DNA from: a virus
Strand: one strand, 5' to 3'
Length of the DNA: 64,000 nucleotides
IMG/VR virus record: IMGVR_UViG_3300027797_000012
Span: 32,001 to 96,000 of that record
The notes beneath the pieces are model-generated. The model saw only the letters and a list, made by a program, of their open reading frames with translations, did not search any database and had not been told where the DNA came from. Made by a program: the position numbers and the translations under genes. This document shows positions 45,829 through 55,162 of this stretch, in pieces (the first letter of the stretch is position 1; every line of letters starts with the position of its first letter).

Positions 45829-46500
45829 ATGACAAGTGTTAATACATTTTTTAATAAAGTGTATTATATAAATCTTACTAGAAGACCAGACAGGCTAGTT
45901 CACATCACTCAGCAACTATCTTCTAATAATATAGTGGCTGAAAAGATAGAAGCTATAGATGGGTTATTTAGCTCTTTTTCTTGCGTACCTTCCGTAGATA
46001 CAAATAAAAAAGAAGTAACACTATTGTCACATACCAAAATATCTTCTTTTGAGGCAGCATTAGTTGCTACACACAAGCTGATACTCATAGATGCCTTAAA
46101 AAATAACTATAGTAATATTTTAATATTAGAAGACGACGCGGCGTTTAGTTCTAGTTTTACAGAAGGATTTAATAATATAGTAAAAGACATACCTACTAAC
46201 TGGGATGTGCTCTACCTAGGAGCTTTAGGACTGCCTGCTCTATCTAAAAGAGAGAAATACTCTTATGCGCTGGATAAAGCAGTGTACATACTTGGATGTC
46301 ACGCTATCGGAATAAACTCGAGCGTGTTTGAAAAACTACTTGCAGTATCTACATTCGATAAACCTATAGATGTGTCGTATGCAAATCAATTACAAAGCTT
46401 AAATGCTTTTGTTTCTAGCAAACCATTAGTTAATCAAAAAGAAGGATTCTTTTCTGATCTAAAATTTGCTATGAACACCTCACTTGCATTTCCTTTCTAA
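45829..46500 (+). CDS. glycosyltransferase family 25-like
   Basis: YYINL.RRPDR, AIDG, H, LILEDD, WDVLYLG, PID. Confidence 0.85.
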   Translation: MTSVNTFFNKVYYINLTRRPDRLVHITQQLSSNNIVAEKIEAIDGLFSSFSCVPSVDTNKKEVTLLSHTKISSFEAALVATHKLILIDALKNNYSNILILEDDAAFSSSFTEGFNNIVKDIPTNWDVLYLGALGLPALSKREKYSYALDKAVYILGCHAIGINSSVFEKLLAVSTFDKPIDVSYANQLQSLNAFVSSKPLVNQKEGFFSDLKFAMNTSLAFPF

Positions 46501-46501
46501 T

Positions 46502-47416
46502 ATGAGAATGACTATTAAGTCTTTTAACAAAACACTGCTGTATGTTAGTAAGTCAGATATATCTATAACGGTAGTTCAAGGCACACCTACTGTGAGAACA
46601 AATACTCTTTTTACAAAATATTTTTATACTAAAGAAATACATATATCGTCAGGGATATTATTTTCTGTGTACAATTGTTGCGCAGAAGATTTAACTGTAG
46701 AACTAGAAACAGAAAATTGCACTGTAATTAAAGAGGAGTATGAAAACTGTCAATACATCGGGACAGGAAGAATACGAAAAGGGGAAGATAGACTCAATAT
46801 ATTTGATAAGTTCATGCATCACTATTTTTCATTTGGCTACAAAATCTTGACTGCGGACACCGACCACGAGGAATTTAACAGAGCAGCAAGCAGAAACGTT
46901 TTAGCCAGTATTTTTCCAAATAATATTATGGTACTAATAGATGGTGATGCTTTTTATAGTAAAAAACAAATAGATGACTCAGTAGCGTATGCCAAAAACC
47001 ATGATGTTATTGTAAAACCAACAAAGTCTATACTAATAGGAAGTAAAAAGATAAATCTTTACTCTGGCTATTGCTGGGTAGTCAAAACTCAATTGTGGCC
47101 AGGTATGGACGAAAGATGCTTGTCTTGGGGCGCTGAAGACATCATATTGTCGAATACTAGACTAATACGCACAGAACCATTAAACAATGGAACGGCACAA
47201 GTCTACGAGCATCTCCGTGATGAAAAAAAGGGTTCACATAACTTTGAATTAACAAAAGACTATGGAGATACTTTAGGATTCCCGCTTAGTAAAGAAAAGG
47301 TATTGCCTATTTTTTTACAACATTGCGGGTATGGAACATACGGACACTTTTCTACTTATTTTTCTGAGCCCAGAACTGCCAACAATTTTTATCTTCAAGA
47401 ACAGAAAAATCTGTAA
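46502..47416 (+). CDS. glycosyltransferase (GT2/GT7-like C-terminal domain)
   Basis: FNRAASRN, IDGD, GMDE...WGAED. Confidence 0.65.
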   Translation: MRMTIKSFNKTLLYVSKSDISITVVQGTPTVRTNTLFTKYFYTKEIHISSGILFSVYNCCAEDLTVELETENCTVIKEEYENCQYIGTGRIRKGEDRLNIFDKFMHHYFSFGYKILTADTDHEEFNRAASRNVLASIFPNNIMVLIDGDAFYSKKQIDDSVAYAKNHDVIVKPTKSILIGSKKINLYSGYCWVVKTQLWPGMDERCLSWGAEDIILSNTRLIRTEPLNNGTAQVYEHLRDEKKGSHNFELTKDYGDTLGFPLSKEKVLPIFLQHCGYGTYGHFSTYFSEPRTANNFYLQEQKNL

Positions 47417-47936
47417 AATCTAATCTATTTACTCCATTTTTTACATAAAAAACTTTTATCTTTTCTCTAAATGATGCGTAAGTATCTAGCATGTTGTAGT
47501 CATCAAAGCTTATAATGCCTTTAGATGAAAGCGCTTTAAGCGCGTTAGTGCCGTCTTCTACTACAGCCTCTTCACTATGGTCTCCGTCTATATAGATAAA
47601 ATCAAAAGTATCAGCATTAGTGTTAAAAAAATCAGAGCTGTAGGAGTGTACTTTAACTACTTTACCTTTTTGAATATGCTCCTGCATTTGTAAGTTGTAT
47701 TTTTCTTCTACTTCCTTTGAATCTATCCCCGCCACGTGAGGTAAAAAAGTCCAAGTATCTACATCTACAAGTCTAGACTCAGGGTGTGTAAGTATATTTT
47801 CCACCAACCACTTAGAGGCGTTTCCAGTAAACGCTCCTATTTGTAGGAAGTTCACTGGCTTGTCTTTAAAATGACTTAAATGCTTTATAAATAGTTTATC
47901 TATTTCTAGACTATAAAACCAGTTAGGGTCTCTCAT
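47352..47936 (-). CDS. class I SAM methyltransferase, paralogue of 19342..19923
   Basis: LQIGAFTG, DVDTW, FDFIYIDGDH, FDDY. Confidence 0.9.
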   Translation of the reverse strand: MRDPNWFYSLEIDKLFIKHLSHFKDKPVNFLQIGAFTGNASKWLVENILTHPESRLVDVDTWTFLPHVAGIDSKEVEEKYNLQMQEHIQKGKVVKVHSYSSDFFNTNADTFDFIYIDGDHSEEAVVEDGTNALKALSSKGIISFDDYNMLDTYASFREKIKVFYVKNGVNRLDFTDFSVLEDKNCWQFWAQKNK

Positions 47937-48372
47937 TTTTTACCGATTCTAAAAACTCTTGCGATCCTGCAAAAAAGGCAACACCGTCTACACTCCACTT
48001 AATATTCATATTGTGTTTTTCAGAGTAATCTTTTGCCCAAGCAATAATCTCCTCAGATGCTGGCCTACCCGCTTCTGCAATCTGAAGATACTCAAAGCCG
48101 TTGTATGGTTGTCGAACAAAAATAACATCAGTTTTTGTAGGCGCTAGCCACTCATCAAAGTGTGGGTTTCTTCGCCACTCACACTGGAAAAGAACACAAG
48201 GGTCGTACGGTCTAGTTTCATATTCTTTACATCCTACTCCTTGCTCGACAAAGATGCAAGGCTTACCAGGGAACATCTCGCGGCCATGTATTGTGGCTGA
48301 TAAGTATCCTTCGCAACATTTAGTGCACCCGTCGCACGATTTTTTATTAAGTATCTCTATAAAACTAAGCAC
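47923..48372 (-). CDS. CxxCxxCC (YkgJ-like) Zn/Fe-S protein
   Basis: CDGCTKCC, C.F...GC..YE.RP..PC..F.C.W. Confidence 0.8.
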   Translation of the reverse strand: MLSFIEILNKKSCDGCTKCCEGYLSATIHGREMFPGKPCIFVEQGVGCKEYETRPYDPCVLFQCEWRRNPHFDEWLAPTKTDVIFVRQPYNGFEYLQIAEAGRPASEEIIAWAKDYSEKHNMNIKWSVDGVAFFAGSQEFLESVKNERP

Positions 48373-48514
48373 TACGTCTAAATATTCTTTTTAGTAGGTT
48401 AATTATAAAGTTTTCTACCTTTGCCTCTAACAGTCCTTCTGCAGTTTCGTCCTTGTAGTGGTAAGTGTGATACCGTCTATTGCAGTAAGTATCGTGAAAA
48501 TGTCGGCGACTCAT
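48365..48514 (-). CDS. small hypothetical protein (49 aa, not in ORF track)
   Basis: MSRRHFHDTYCNRRYH...FRRSA*; TATAAT just upstream. Confidence 0.5.
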   Translation of the reverse strand: MSRRHFHDTYCNRRYHTYHYKDETAEGLLEAKVENFIINLLKRIFRRSA

Positions 48515-48566
48515 GTTACTATATTATACCTATAACTGCACGTAATACGCTAAAGATAGGAAAATT

Positions 48567-49376
48567 ATGAAAAAGGTTCTTGTCACAGGTGGCTTGGGGT
48601 ACATTGGGTGCGCCACAGACGTCGCGCTAAAAGCGCACGGCTACACACCTATCATAACTGACAAGAAGATAGGCAGTTCTACAGAGAACATTCTTAAGAT
48701 GCTTATAGTTTTTTTGCGCGACAGACCTGTAGGTGTTATCCATCTTTCAGCTAAGAAAAGTATAGGCGAATCTAAAAATCATCCTATTTCATACTACTGG
48801 AACAATGTGTCTTCGACTGTGTCCATAGCTATTCTGTGCAGACTTTTTAATCTACCTATCGTCTTTGCTTCATCCGCCTCGGTGTACGAACCTACTAACC
48901 CTTACGCTAGAAGCAAGTTGTTAGAGGAACAGATACTTTGTAAGGTTAAATCGCACGTGATTCTGAGATACTTTAATATAGGAGGAAAAGCGCCTGGCGT
49001 TTCTGACACCGCAAAGCAGAATATATTTTCTATTCTTGACAACGTGCAAAGAGAAGGGTTGACATTTATAGTCAATAGCCCTAACTCAACGCGAGACTAC
49101 ACGCACGTTCTTGATATAGCAGAAGCTAACGTACGCGCGCTTGAGTATGCGCTGGCGGGAAACAAAAGCATTCTAACCGACGTATTTTCTGGAGCTCAGT
49201 ACTCAGTGCTAGACGTGATAGAAGAGTATAGGAAGAACAATGTAATTATTGCGTATTCTACTAATAGCGCGGTAGATAAGACTATATACCCTAAACATAA
49301 CAAGCTAGACTTGCTTCAGTGGGCGCCTACGCGTTCTTTTTTTGATATAGTTCGGTCAGAGATAGAGATAGATTAG
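48567..49376 (+). CDS. galE: NAD-dependent epimerase, UDP-glucose 4-epimerase-like
   Basis: TGGLGYIG, YxxxK (YARSK), LRYFN, RDYTHV.D. Confidence 0.85.
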   Translation: MKKVLVTGGLGYIGCATDVALKAHGYTPIITDKKIGSSTENILKMLIVFLRDRPVGVIHLSAKKSIGESKNHPISYYWNNVSSTVSIAILCRLFNLPIVFASSASVYEPTNPYARSKLLEEQILCKVKSHVILRYFNIGGKAPGVSDTAKQNIFSILDNVQREGLTFIVNSPNSTRDYTHVLDIAEANVRALEYALAGNKSILTDVFSGAQYSVLDVIEEYRKNNVIIAYSTNSAVDKTIYPKHNKLDLLQWAPTRSFFDIVRSEIEID

Positions 49377-49410
49377 CTGATTTTACAAAGAAAGATGATA
49401 AGGTATAACC

Positions 49411-51066
49411 ATGAAAGTTGCCGCTTACTCTATTGCCCTTAATGAAGAAAAACACGCCGCGCGCTGGGCCGAAACTACCAAAGGCGCCGACATCCGCGTT
49501 GTATGTGACACTGGATCCACAGATCGCACCGTTGAGATCCTGCGCGAGCATGGCGTCATCGTTTATGAAATTAACGTAAAGCCTTGGCGTTTTGACACCG
49601 CGCGAAATGCAGCGCTCGCGCTTATACCATCTGACATAGACGTATGCCTAAGCCTAGATCTTGATGAGACGTTAGATGAAGACTTCTTTGACAAGGTAAA
49701 AGAACACTGGGTGCCTGGCGCAACTCGTGGTTGGTGTGATTTTGACACGGGGCACGTCTGGTCTATGTGCAGACTTCATTCACGCGATGGAATGTATTGG
49801 AAGTGGCCTATTCATGAAGTGTTTGTTCCTTCATTAGACACTAAGCTAGTTAACTGCACGATACCTACAAAGATGTATCATAAGCCGGATAGCTCTAAGC
49901 CTCGTAGCCAGTACTTGCCTATGCTTGTTGCAGCATGCGCTGAAGAAGGAAATGCAAAAGATCATCGTCTTGTTACGTATCTATGTAGAGAATACACGTA
50001 TTATCGTGAGTGGGAACTTGTAATATCAACCGCAGAAAGACTTCTAGCGTTTAGTGATGACTGGGTAGTTGAACGTGCTGCTGTGTGTCGCTGGGCAGCA
50101 GAAGCTTGTCGCAACTTAAATCGTTTAGAAGAAGCTATGTCATGGGCGGATCGCGCTATCGAGCTAGATCCATGCGGAGAAAATTACTATGAAAAAGTTA
50201 ACTGCTACTACGCCATGAGAGACTGGGGCGGAATGTGGGAAACTTCTAAGCTTGTAGCCACGTGCGCTCCAACAAATCATTATCTTTCTTCTGGGTCTCT
50301 ATGGAAGTGGCAGCTCAACGACATGCGCGCCTTGTCAGCGCACAATCTTGGCGATAAGAAAAAGGCAGTCCTATACGGGCAAATGGCGTTAGACGCTAAT
50401 CCTACAGATCAACGCCTTGCAAATAACATCAAATTTTACGAGCAAGGCATTGAAAACTTAGAAGAAACTAGTATAGCTTCAGGACCAGCAACTTCAATAT
50501 TTGAAAGTATATACAAGAATAGCCACTGGGGAAAAGGCAGTGGCCCTGGGTCAACTGAGGAAGCTACATTAGAGTATCGAAAAATAGTGCAAGAGTGGGT
50601 TGACAAGAAAGAGATAAAAACAGTATTAGATCTCGGCTGCGGAGACTGGCAGTTCTCTAAGCTTCTTGACTTTTCAAGCGTGGACTATACAGGCGTCGAC
50701 GTTGTGCCAGACGTTATCGCGCAAAACGATATGGCATACGGCAGTAACAACATTAAGTTTGTCTTATCTGACGCGCTTAATTTTGACTTCCCTGAAGTAG
50801 ATTTAATCCTATGTAAGGACGTTCTTCAGCATCTTCCAAATAATGACGTTGACGTTATCGTAAAAAGAATACAGAAAGCGGCAAAGTACGCTTTGATATG
50901 TAATACGACATACACTCACGACAGTATTAACTACAATATTTCTCCAGGTGGCTACCGTGGACTAGACTTAAAGCTCCCACCATTCTCAATGCAGGTTGAG
51001 ACTGTGCTGCAGTGGGAAACTGCAGGGGCACCTAAAAGAATAGACCTAATAACAAGAAAAGACTAA
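49411..51066 (+). CDS. GT2 + TPR + SAM-methyltransferase fusion
   Basis: DTGSTD, LDLDE, IHE; TPR-like helices; GSGPGS, LDLGCGD, KDVLQH. Confidence 0.85.
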   Translation: MKVAAYSIALNEEKHAARWAETTKGADIRVVCDTGSTDRTVEILREHGVIVYEINVKPWRFDTARNAALALIPSDIDVCLSLDLDETLDEDFFDKVKEHWVPGATRGWCDFDTGHVWSMCRLHSRDGMYWKWPIHEVFVPSLDTKLVNCTIPTKMYHKPDSSKPRSQYLPMLVAACAEEGNAKDHRLVTYLCREYTYYREWELVISTAERLLAFSDDWVVERAAVCRWAAEACRNLNRLEEAMSWADRAIELDPCGENYYEKVNCYYAMRDWGGMWETSKLVATCAPTNHYLSSGSLWKWQLNDMRALSAHNLGDKKKAVLYGQMALDANPTDQRLANNIKFYEQGIENLEETSIASGPATSIFESIYKNSHWGKGSGPGSTEEATLEYRKIVQEWVDKKEIKTVLDLGCGDWQFSKLLDFSSVDYTGVDVVPDVIAQNDMAYGSNNIKFVLSDALNFDFPEVDLILCKDVLQHLPNNDVDVIVKRIQKAAKYALICNTTYTHDSINYNISPGGYRGLDLKLPPFSMQVETVLQWETAGAPKRIDLITRKD

Positions 51067-51944
51067 AGAACGTCTGGGACGTTTATAGCGTTATACTTAG
51101 CTTCTCTAGTCTCCGGATCTGCTAATTCGTTGTACATCCACGTAGACGCGTCTGCGTTTTCAGTTAACGTAAGTACTCCGTATATCTTTCTATTGTCTAG
51201 GTACTGATCTACGTTGTTCTTTCTTGCTGACTCTGAGAATACCATGTATTCCCAGCGATCAGATTCTTCAAGGTAACTAAGAGTGCCAAGATGCTCTCGC
51301 TTAATTAAGTACGTGCAGTGCACGCAGTCAACCTTATGCGGCTTACGCTCTTTCTGATAAAGAATCTGATAGTAAACTGGTTCAGGTATTACCGATCCGT
51401 AGCTATCTACTATATAGTGGTAATTAGAATAGTAGCGTCCTTCATGTCCAGCAAGACGATCTTTTTGATCTTCGCTGTCTGGGTGCTCTGGTGTAGCTAC
51501 CGCATACCTAAGCAGAGGCGCAACGATAGGGAGATCAAGCGCAACTAGTTCTTTAAGTGTTTCAGGGTATATAAAGTTATCAGCGTCAATAACAAAGTAG
51601 TAATCGCTACCGGCGCGTACAGCTTGACGCAGACTCTCTTGACGTATTTTACCGAGAACTCTAAATCGTTCTCCGTTCCATTCGTGCACTCCGTAATTTT
51701 CAACTTTAGTAGATACGTTTGAGCAGTCAAACAAGTAGTCTTGATACTTGTTACCGTTGGCAGAAAGCCACTCACGAAGAATTTTTTCAGAGTTATCTGT
51801 ATTGTTATTTGTTCTTACGTACAAAAATATCTTATCTTTAGGGTAGTCAAGCTCTTCTAAGGTTCTTAGAAACAGAGGAAGAACAGCTTCTTTTTGCTTA
51901 ACAAGTATGGCTATAAATACCGTAGGAAGATCAATATCATTCAT
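51063..51944 (-). CDS. glycosyltransferase resembling the procollagen galactosyltransferase N-terminal / PLOD GT domain
   Basis: PTVFIAIL..., LDYPKDKI.L...T.NN.DN...IL.EW, DAD, IVAPLL, YSNY, VHCTYLI. Confidence 0.75.
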   Translation of the reverse strand: MNDIDLPTVFIAILVKQKEAVLPLFLRTLEELDYPKDKIFLYVRTNNNTDNSEKILREWLSANGNKYQDYLFDCSNVSTKVENYGVHEWNGERFRVLGKIRQESLRQAVRAGSDYYFVIDADNFIYPETLKELVALDLPIVAPLLRYAVATPEHPDSEDQKDRLAGHEGRYYSNYHYIVDSYGSVIPEPVYYQILYQKERKPHKVDCVHCTYLIKREHLGTLSYLEESDRWEYMVFSESARKNNVDQYLDNRKIYGVLTLTENADASTWMYNELADPETREAKYNAINVPDVL

Positions 51945-51970
51945 AGGTATAACATATCATATTTATTTGT

Positions 51971-52483
51971 CTATTCTTTAGTCTTTTTCCTAGTAGGTTT
52001 TTTAGTCTTTTCACGTTCTTTCTTAGCGAGCTTTTCTTCCCTCTGAGCGTGGTACGCATCAACAGCGTTCGCGCTTGTTCGCGAGCGCCAGGTAAAGTCA
52101 CATGCCTCGCATTGAACAAGACGCATAGTTGCCCAACGGCCTCCGCCTGGAACATCAACAACTAATGTCTTAAGCTTATTTGGTCGTGCGTTACATGCAG
52201 GGCACTGTGGGAAGCGTTGACGACGCGATTCTTGCCCGTTCCATGAAACTGAAAGAGTACGACGAATTTCACCTTCGTCTTTTCCACCCCAGATTCCCCA
52301 GATTTGTCTATGTTCAAGCGCCCACTTTAAGCAGTCACGACGAACAGGACAAGAAAAACATAAGTTCTTTGCTTGATACTTTTCAGAAGGTTCAGATGAA
52401 AAGAAAAAATCTCTTATTCCTTCATTCTCCTTTAGTGCGCAGGCTGAATCTTTCTGCCAACTTAAATCAATAGAAGCGCTCAC
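51971..52483 (-). CDS. whiB: WhiB-family regulator with C-terminal Zn ribbon
   Basis: WQKDSAC, CFSCPV..DC, GIWGG, plus CPAC...CEAC. Confidence 0.9.
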   Translation of the reverse strand: MSASIDLSWQKDSACALKENEGIRDFFFSSEPSEKYQAKNLCFSCPVRRDCLKWALEHRQIWGIWGGKDEGEIRRTLSVSWNGQESRRQRFPQCPACNARPNKLKTLVVDVPGGGRWATMRLVQCEACDFTWRSRTSANAVDAYHAQREEKLAKKEREKTKKPTRKKTKE

Positions 52484-52824
52484 TCTGCGTGTACCTCTAC
52501 CCAGGTGACGGAAAATACTTGATCAACTACGTCACCTTCGCGTGTTTCTCCTTCTTCATCGCACGCGGTAAGCTCTGTATCTCCGTCAATTTCACCGGCG
52601 TAGCCATACGCCAAGTAGGACGACTCTAAAAATTGAAAACCTTTTCCTAATGATACGGATACGCCATCGCGCTGTAAGGCAGACGCTAATGCGCGGCGGA
52701 TAAGCTCGTTCTCTAGGTCTATATGGTCTTCTGTGAAGAACACGATAGATTCATCGTTTAGTTGTTCATAACCGTCTCCGGTCCATTCTTTCCACAAAAG
52801 TTCGCCTATACGCGAGTCTTTCAC
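52480..52824 (-). CDS. acidic hypothetical protein
   Basis: GGGAG SD; coupled to whiB. Confidence 0.7.
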   Translation of the reverse strand: MKDSRIGELLWKEWTGDGYEQLNDESIVFFTEDHIDLENELIRRALASALQRDGVSVSLGKGFQFLESSYLAYGYAGEIDGDTELTACDEEGETREGDVVDQVFSVTWVEVHAE

Positions 52825-52962
52825 TGTCTCTCCCTTACGCCGCCGTAAGAGGAATACTACACTGGAAAGTGAGCCATTGCGCGGATAAACGCAGATTATT
52901 TTAGAGCAATAAATTACCTCAGGCTAGGCGTGAAAGTGTCTCTAAGAGTCACTGAGCAATGC

Positions 52963-53490
52963 CTACATATTGTTGTAGGTGCCTAGTTGAAGCACGCCGT
53001 TACTATCAGGCCATAGGTACTGATAGTACTCAGGACGATAACCTTTATCCTCTGGCCAGTTAAATTGAGAATACCAGTCGTACTCTTTGCGTAGTAAAGC
53101 AATGCGGTGGGTAGAGGCAATTTGCTCGTATGTATCTTTGTCTTTAAACCAGTAAGGAAAGGTAAGCTCGTCGCTGATACGCCCTAGCTCAAGCGCGCGG
53201 ACTAGTGTTCCTTGAATCTTAGGAATCATTGTAGATTTGTAACCGCGAGCTAGCCACTCGTCACACATTGTAGTTGCGTACATAGACAAAGCTTTTTCGT
53301 GGCCTTCCCACATCTTTGCTGCAGGATGATTACGCCAGCCTTTAGGGTCACGGTGTTCGCCCTGTGGATTTAGCGAGGTAAGCACTAACATAAGTTGCCA
53401 CGCCTCAAGGACCTGCTTATTAAGGCGCTTGTTGTCTAGTTCTTGAGCAATATGCTCGAAGGAGCTAGTCTGAGGTAGAAAGGTTTGCAT
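52963..53490 (-). CDS. pyrimidine-dimer DNA glycosylase-like (MSMEG_6728 family)
   Basis: MQTFLP, LD.KRL.KQ..EA.Q, GW.NHPA..MW.G, H...L.RK. Confidence 0.85.
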   Translation of the reverse strand: MQTFLPQTSSFEHIAQELDNKRLNKQVLEAWQLMLVLTSLNPQGEHRDPKGWRNHPAAKMWEGHEKALSMYATTMCDEWLARGYKSTMIPKIQGTLVRALELGRISDELTFPYWFKDKDTYEQIASTHRIALLRKEYDWYSQFNWPEDKGYRPEYYQYLWPDSNGVLQLGTYNNM

Positions 53491-53522
53491 ATATTCGTCC
53501 GTTCGTCATTGTGTAAATTATA

Positions 53523-53837
53523 TCAGGTAGGCGTGTCCTCTGGCGGTATTTCGTCAAAAGGAAGAACATTTTCTCCCTCCATGTCCATATCCATTTCTGA
53601 GTCAGCTTCTTCTATATCATCAGCTGAAACGTATATACCTACAACTGTAACCTTACTGCAGATAAAGCATTCGCAGACCGTGCCTGGAGAAAGTTTAATA
53701 GGTACATTTACGCTAACTAACCGCGTCAGAATGTTCCCTTCCATGTCTACGCTTTCTGGTTCCCACACGCTATTTTCCGCAATCCAACACCGCTCACAAA
53801 GTGGAACAAGATCATCGTTGTAATCGCGTATACTCAT
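53523..53837 (-). CDS. Zn-binding hypothetical protein
   Basis: CERC, C.CFIC. Confidence 0.65.
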   Translation of the reverse strand: MSIRDYNDDLVPLCERCWIAENSVWEPESVDMEGNILTRLVSVNVPIKLSPGTVCECFICSKVTVVGIYVSADDIEEADSEMDMDMEGENVLPFDEIPPEDTPT

Positions 53838-55099
53838 TTAGCGCTAGTCTCCATAGGGCTACTGTACCACTGTTTCTTGGCGTAGTGTCTTGAGAATCCT
53901 TTGTCTGAGTCGATTAAGTACTCTCGGTCTCCGATTAGCTCCGCAGGTTCTCCTTGTGGGTTTCCGTCAAGTGCGTCTTTAAGTGCCTTACCAATCCAGT
54001 TGGCCGCTTGCACTGGGACAGCCTTGCCCCATACAGCCGCCAGGTGAGAGTAATTGCGCGATTCTTCAATGTTCCAATCGTCAGGCAAACCTTGCATACG
54101 AGCAGACTCGCGATGCGTAATAAGGCGCGGTTGCGTCGGATGAATAACGTGGTCTAGCGCAGAGCCGGTAAGCACGTTGCACCAGTGATCTTCTTTCCAA
54201 CGGTACGGTTGCGAAAAGCCAAGCTTAAAATTTTTACGAATAACACGAGGAGAAATGTCAATCCACTTCTGAGGAAACTTACCGTCATTTAAGTCTACGG
54301 CTTTCTTAAGCGCACCGCCGGTGTCACCGTTGCCTTCCCAGCCGTCGTTGCCGATGATGCTAAAGATCTCTTCAATTCGTTGCGCATGGATGTTTGTTTT
54401 ACCGATGTGACCGTCAACCATTCCATTTTTTGTGCGTAGGTGCTTAACCCACTTAGAAGGAGAAGGCGCGGTATACTTTTGCTTATTCCAAGTCTGAGGC
54501 ATCTCCGCAAGATCACCGATGATGTCCATGATACGTGGAAGTTCTTTAGGTTCTGGAGTTACCGCGCTAAACTTAAGTCCTGACTCAACAGCAACCCAGA
54601 AGTAACGCGGGCGATATGAAAATCCGCCAACCTGTAGGTTATTTTCCTTAACGTGATACAAATCGTATTTTTTACCGGAGACTTGCTCGACCATGTCGCG
54701 ATACTTAACCATTACGTCGCGCCCTTGCGTGTACGCTTGCTGAACACACTCGAACACTATAGCGCGTGGTTTTACGCGTCCAGCGTATTTCATAAAGGCT
54801 ACGGTATGCTCGTGTGCCTTAGAGTCAGGTCCACGATTTGCAGGGCCAGACCATACAGACCAACCGGAGCATGGCGGGCAACCCATGACGATGTCTGCTT
54901 TTTGCACGCGCCATTCGTTAGGATCGTCTGAAAACTCTGAGGTCCAGTCATCTCCAAGAAGATGACGGTTGCTTTCTGCAACTACGTTTCCAAAGTTTAA
55001 TGTTCCGGTGCGTTGAATCATCTTCATGTCGTTTTGGATAAAGCCAAGACTCATAAAAGCTGCAAGCCCGTTGCAGTCGATAAAGGTATGTTGTGACAA
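53834..55099 (-). CDS. C5-cytosine methyltransferase-fold enzyme with atypical cofactor motifs
   Basis: Motif IV GCPPCSG, VI ECV, VIII RPR, IX HP..PR..T.RE.AR.QG.PD, X GKAVP; motif I degenerate. Confidence 0.85.
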   Translation of the reverse strand: MSQHTFIDCNGLAAFMSLGFIQNDMKMIQRTGTLNFGNVVAESNRHLLGDDWTSEFSDDPNEWRVQKADIVMGCPPCSGWSVWSGPANRGPDSKAHEHTVAFMKYAGRVKPRAIVFECVQQAYTQGRDVMVKYRDMVEQVSGKKYDLYHVKENNLQVGGFSYRPRYFWVAVESGLKFSAVTPEPKELPRIMDIIGDLAEMPQTWNKQKYTAPSPSKWVKHLRTKNGMVDGHIGKTNIHAQRIEEIFSIIGNDGWEGNGDTGGALKKAVDLNDGKFPQKWIDISPRVIRKNFKLGFSQPYRWKEDHWCNVLTGSALDHVIHPTQPRLITHRESARMQGLPDDWNIEESRNYSHLAAVWGKAVPVQAANWIGKALKDALDGNPQGEPAELIGDREYLIDSDKGFSRHYAKKQWYSSPMETSAK

Positions 55100-55162
55100 G
55101 GTGTAGCCCTTCGTAGTTCCTAGGTAGGACCTTATACCGACATCGCACTTATGGCATGCTAT

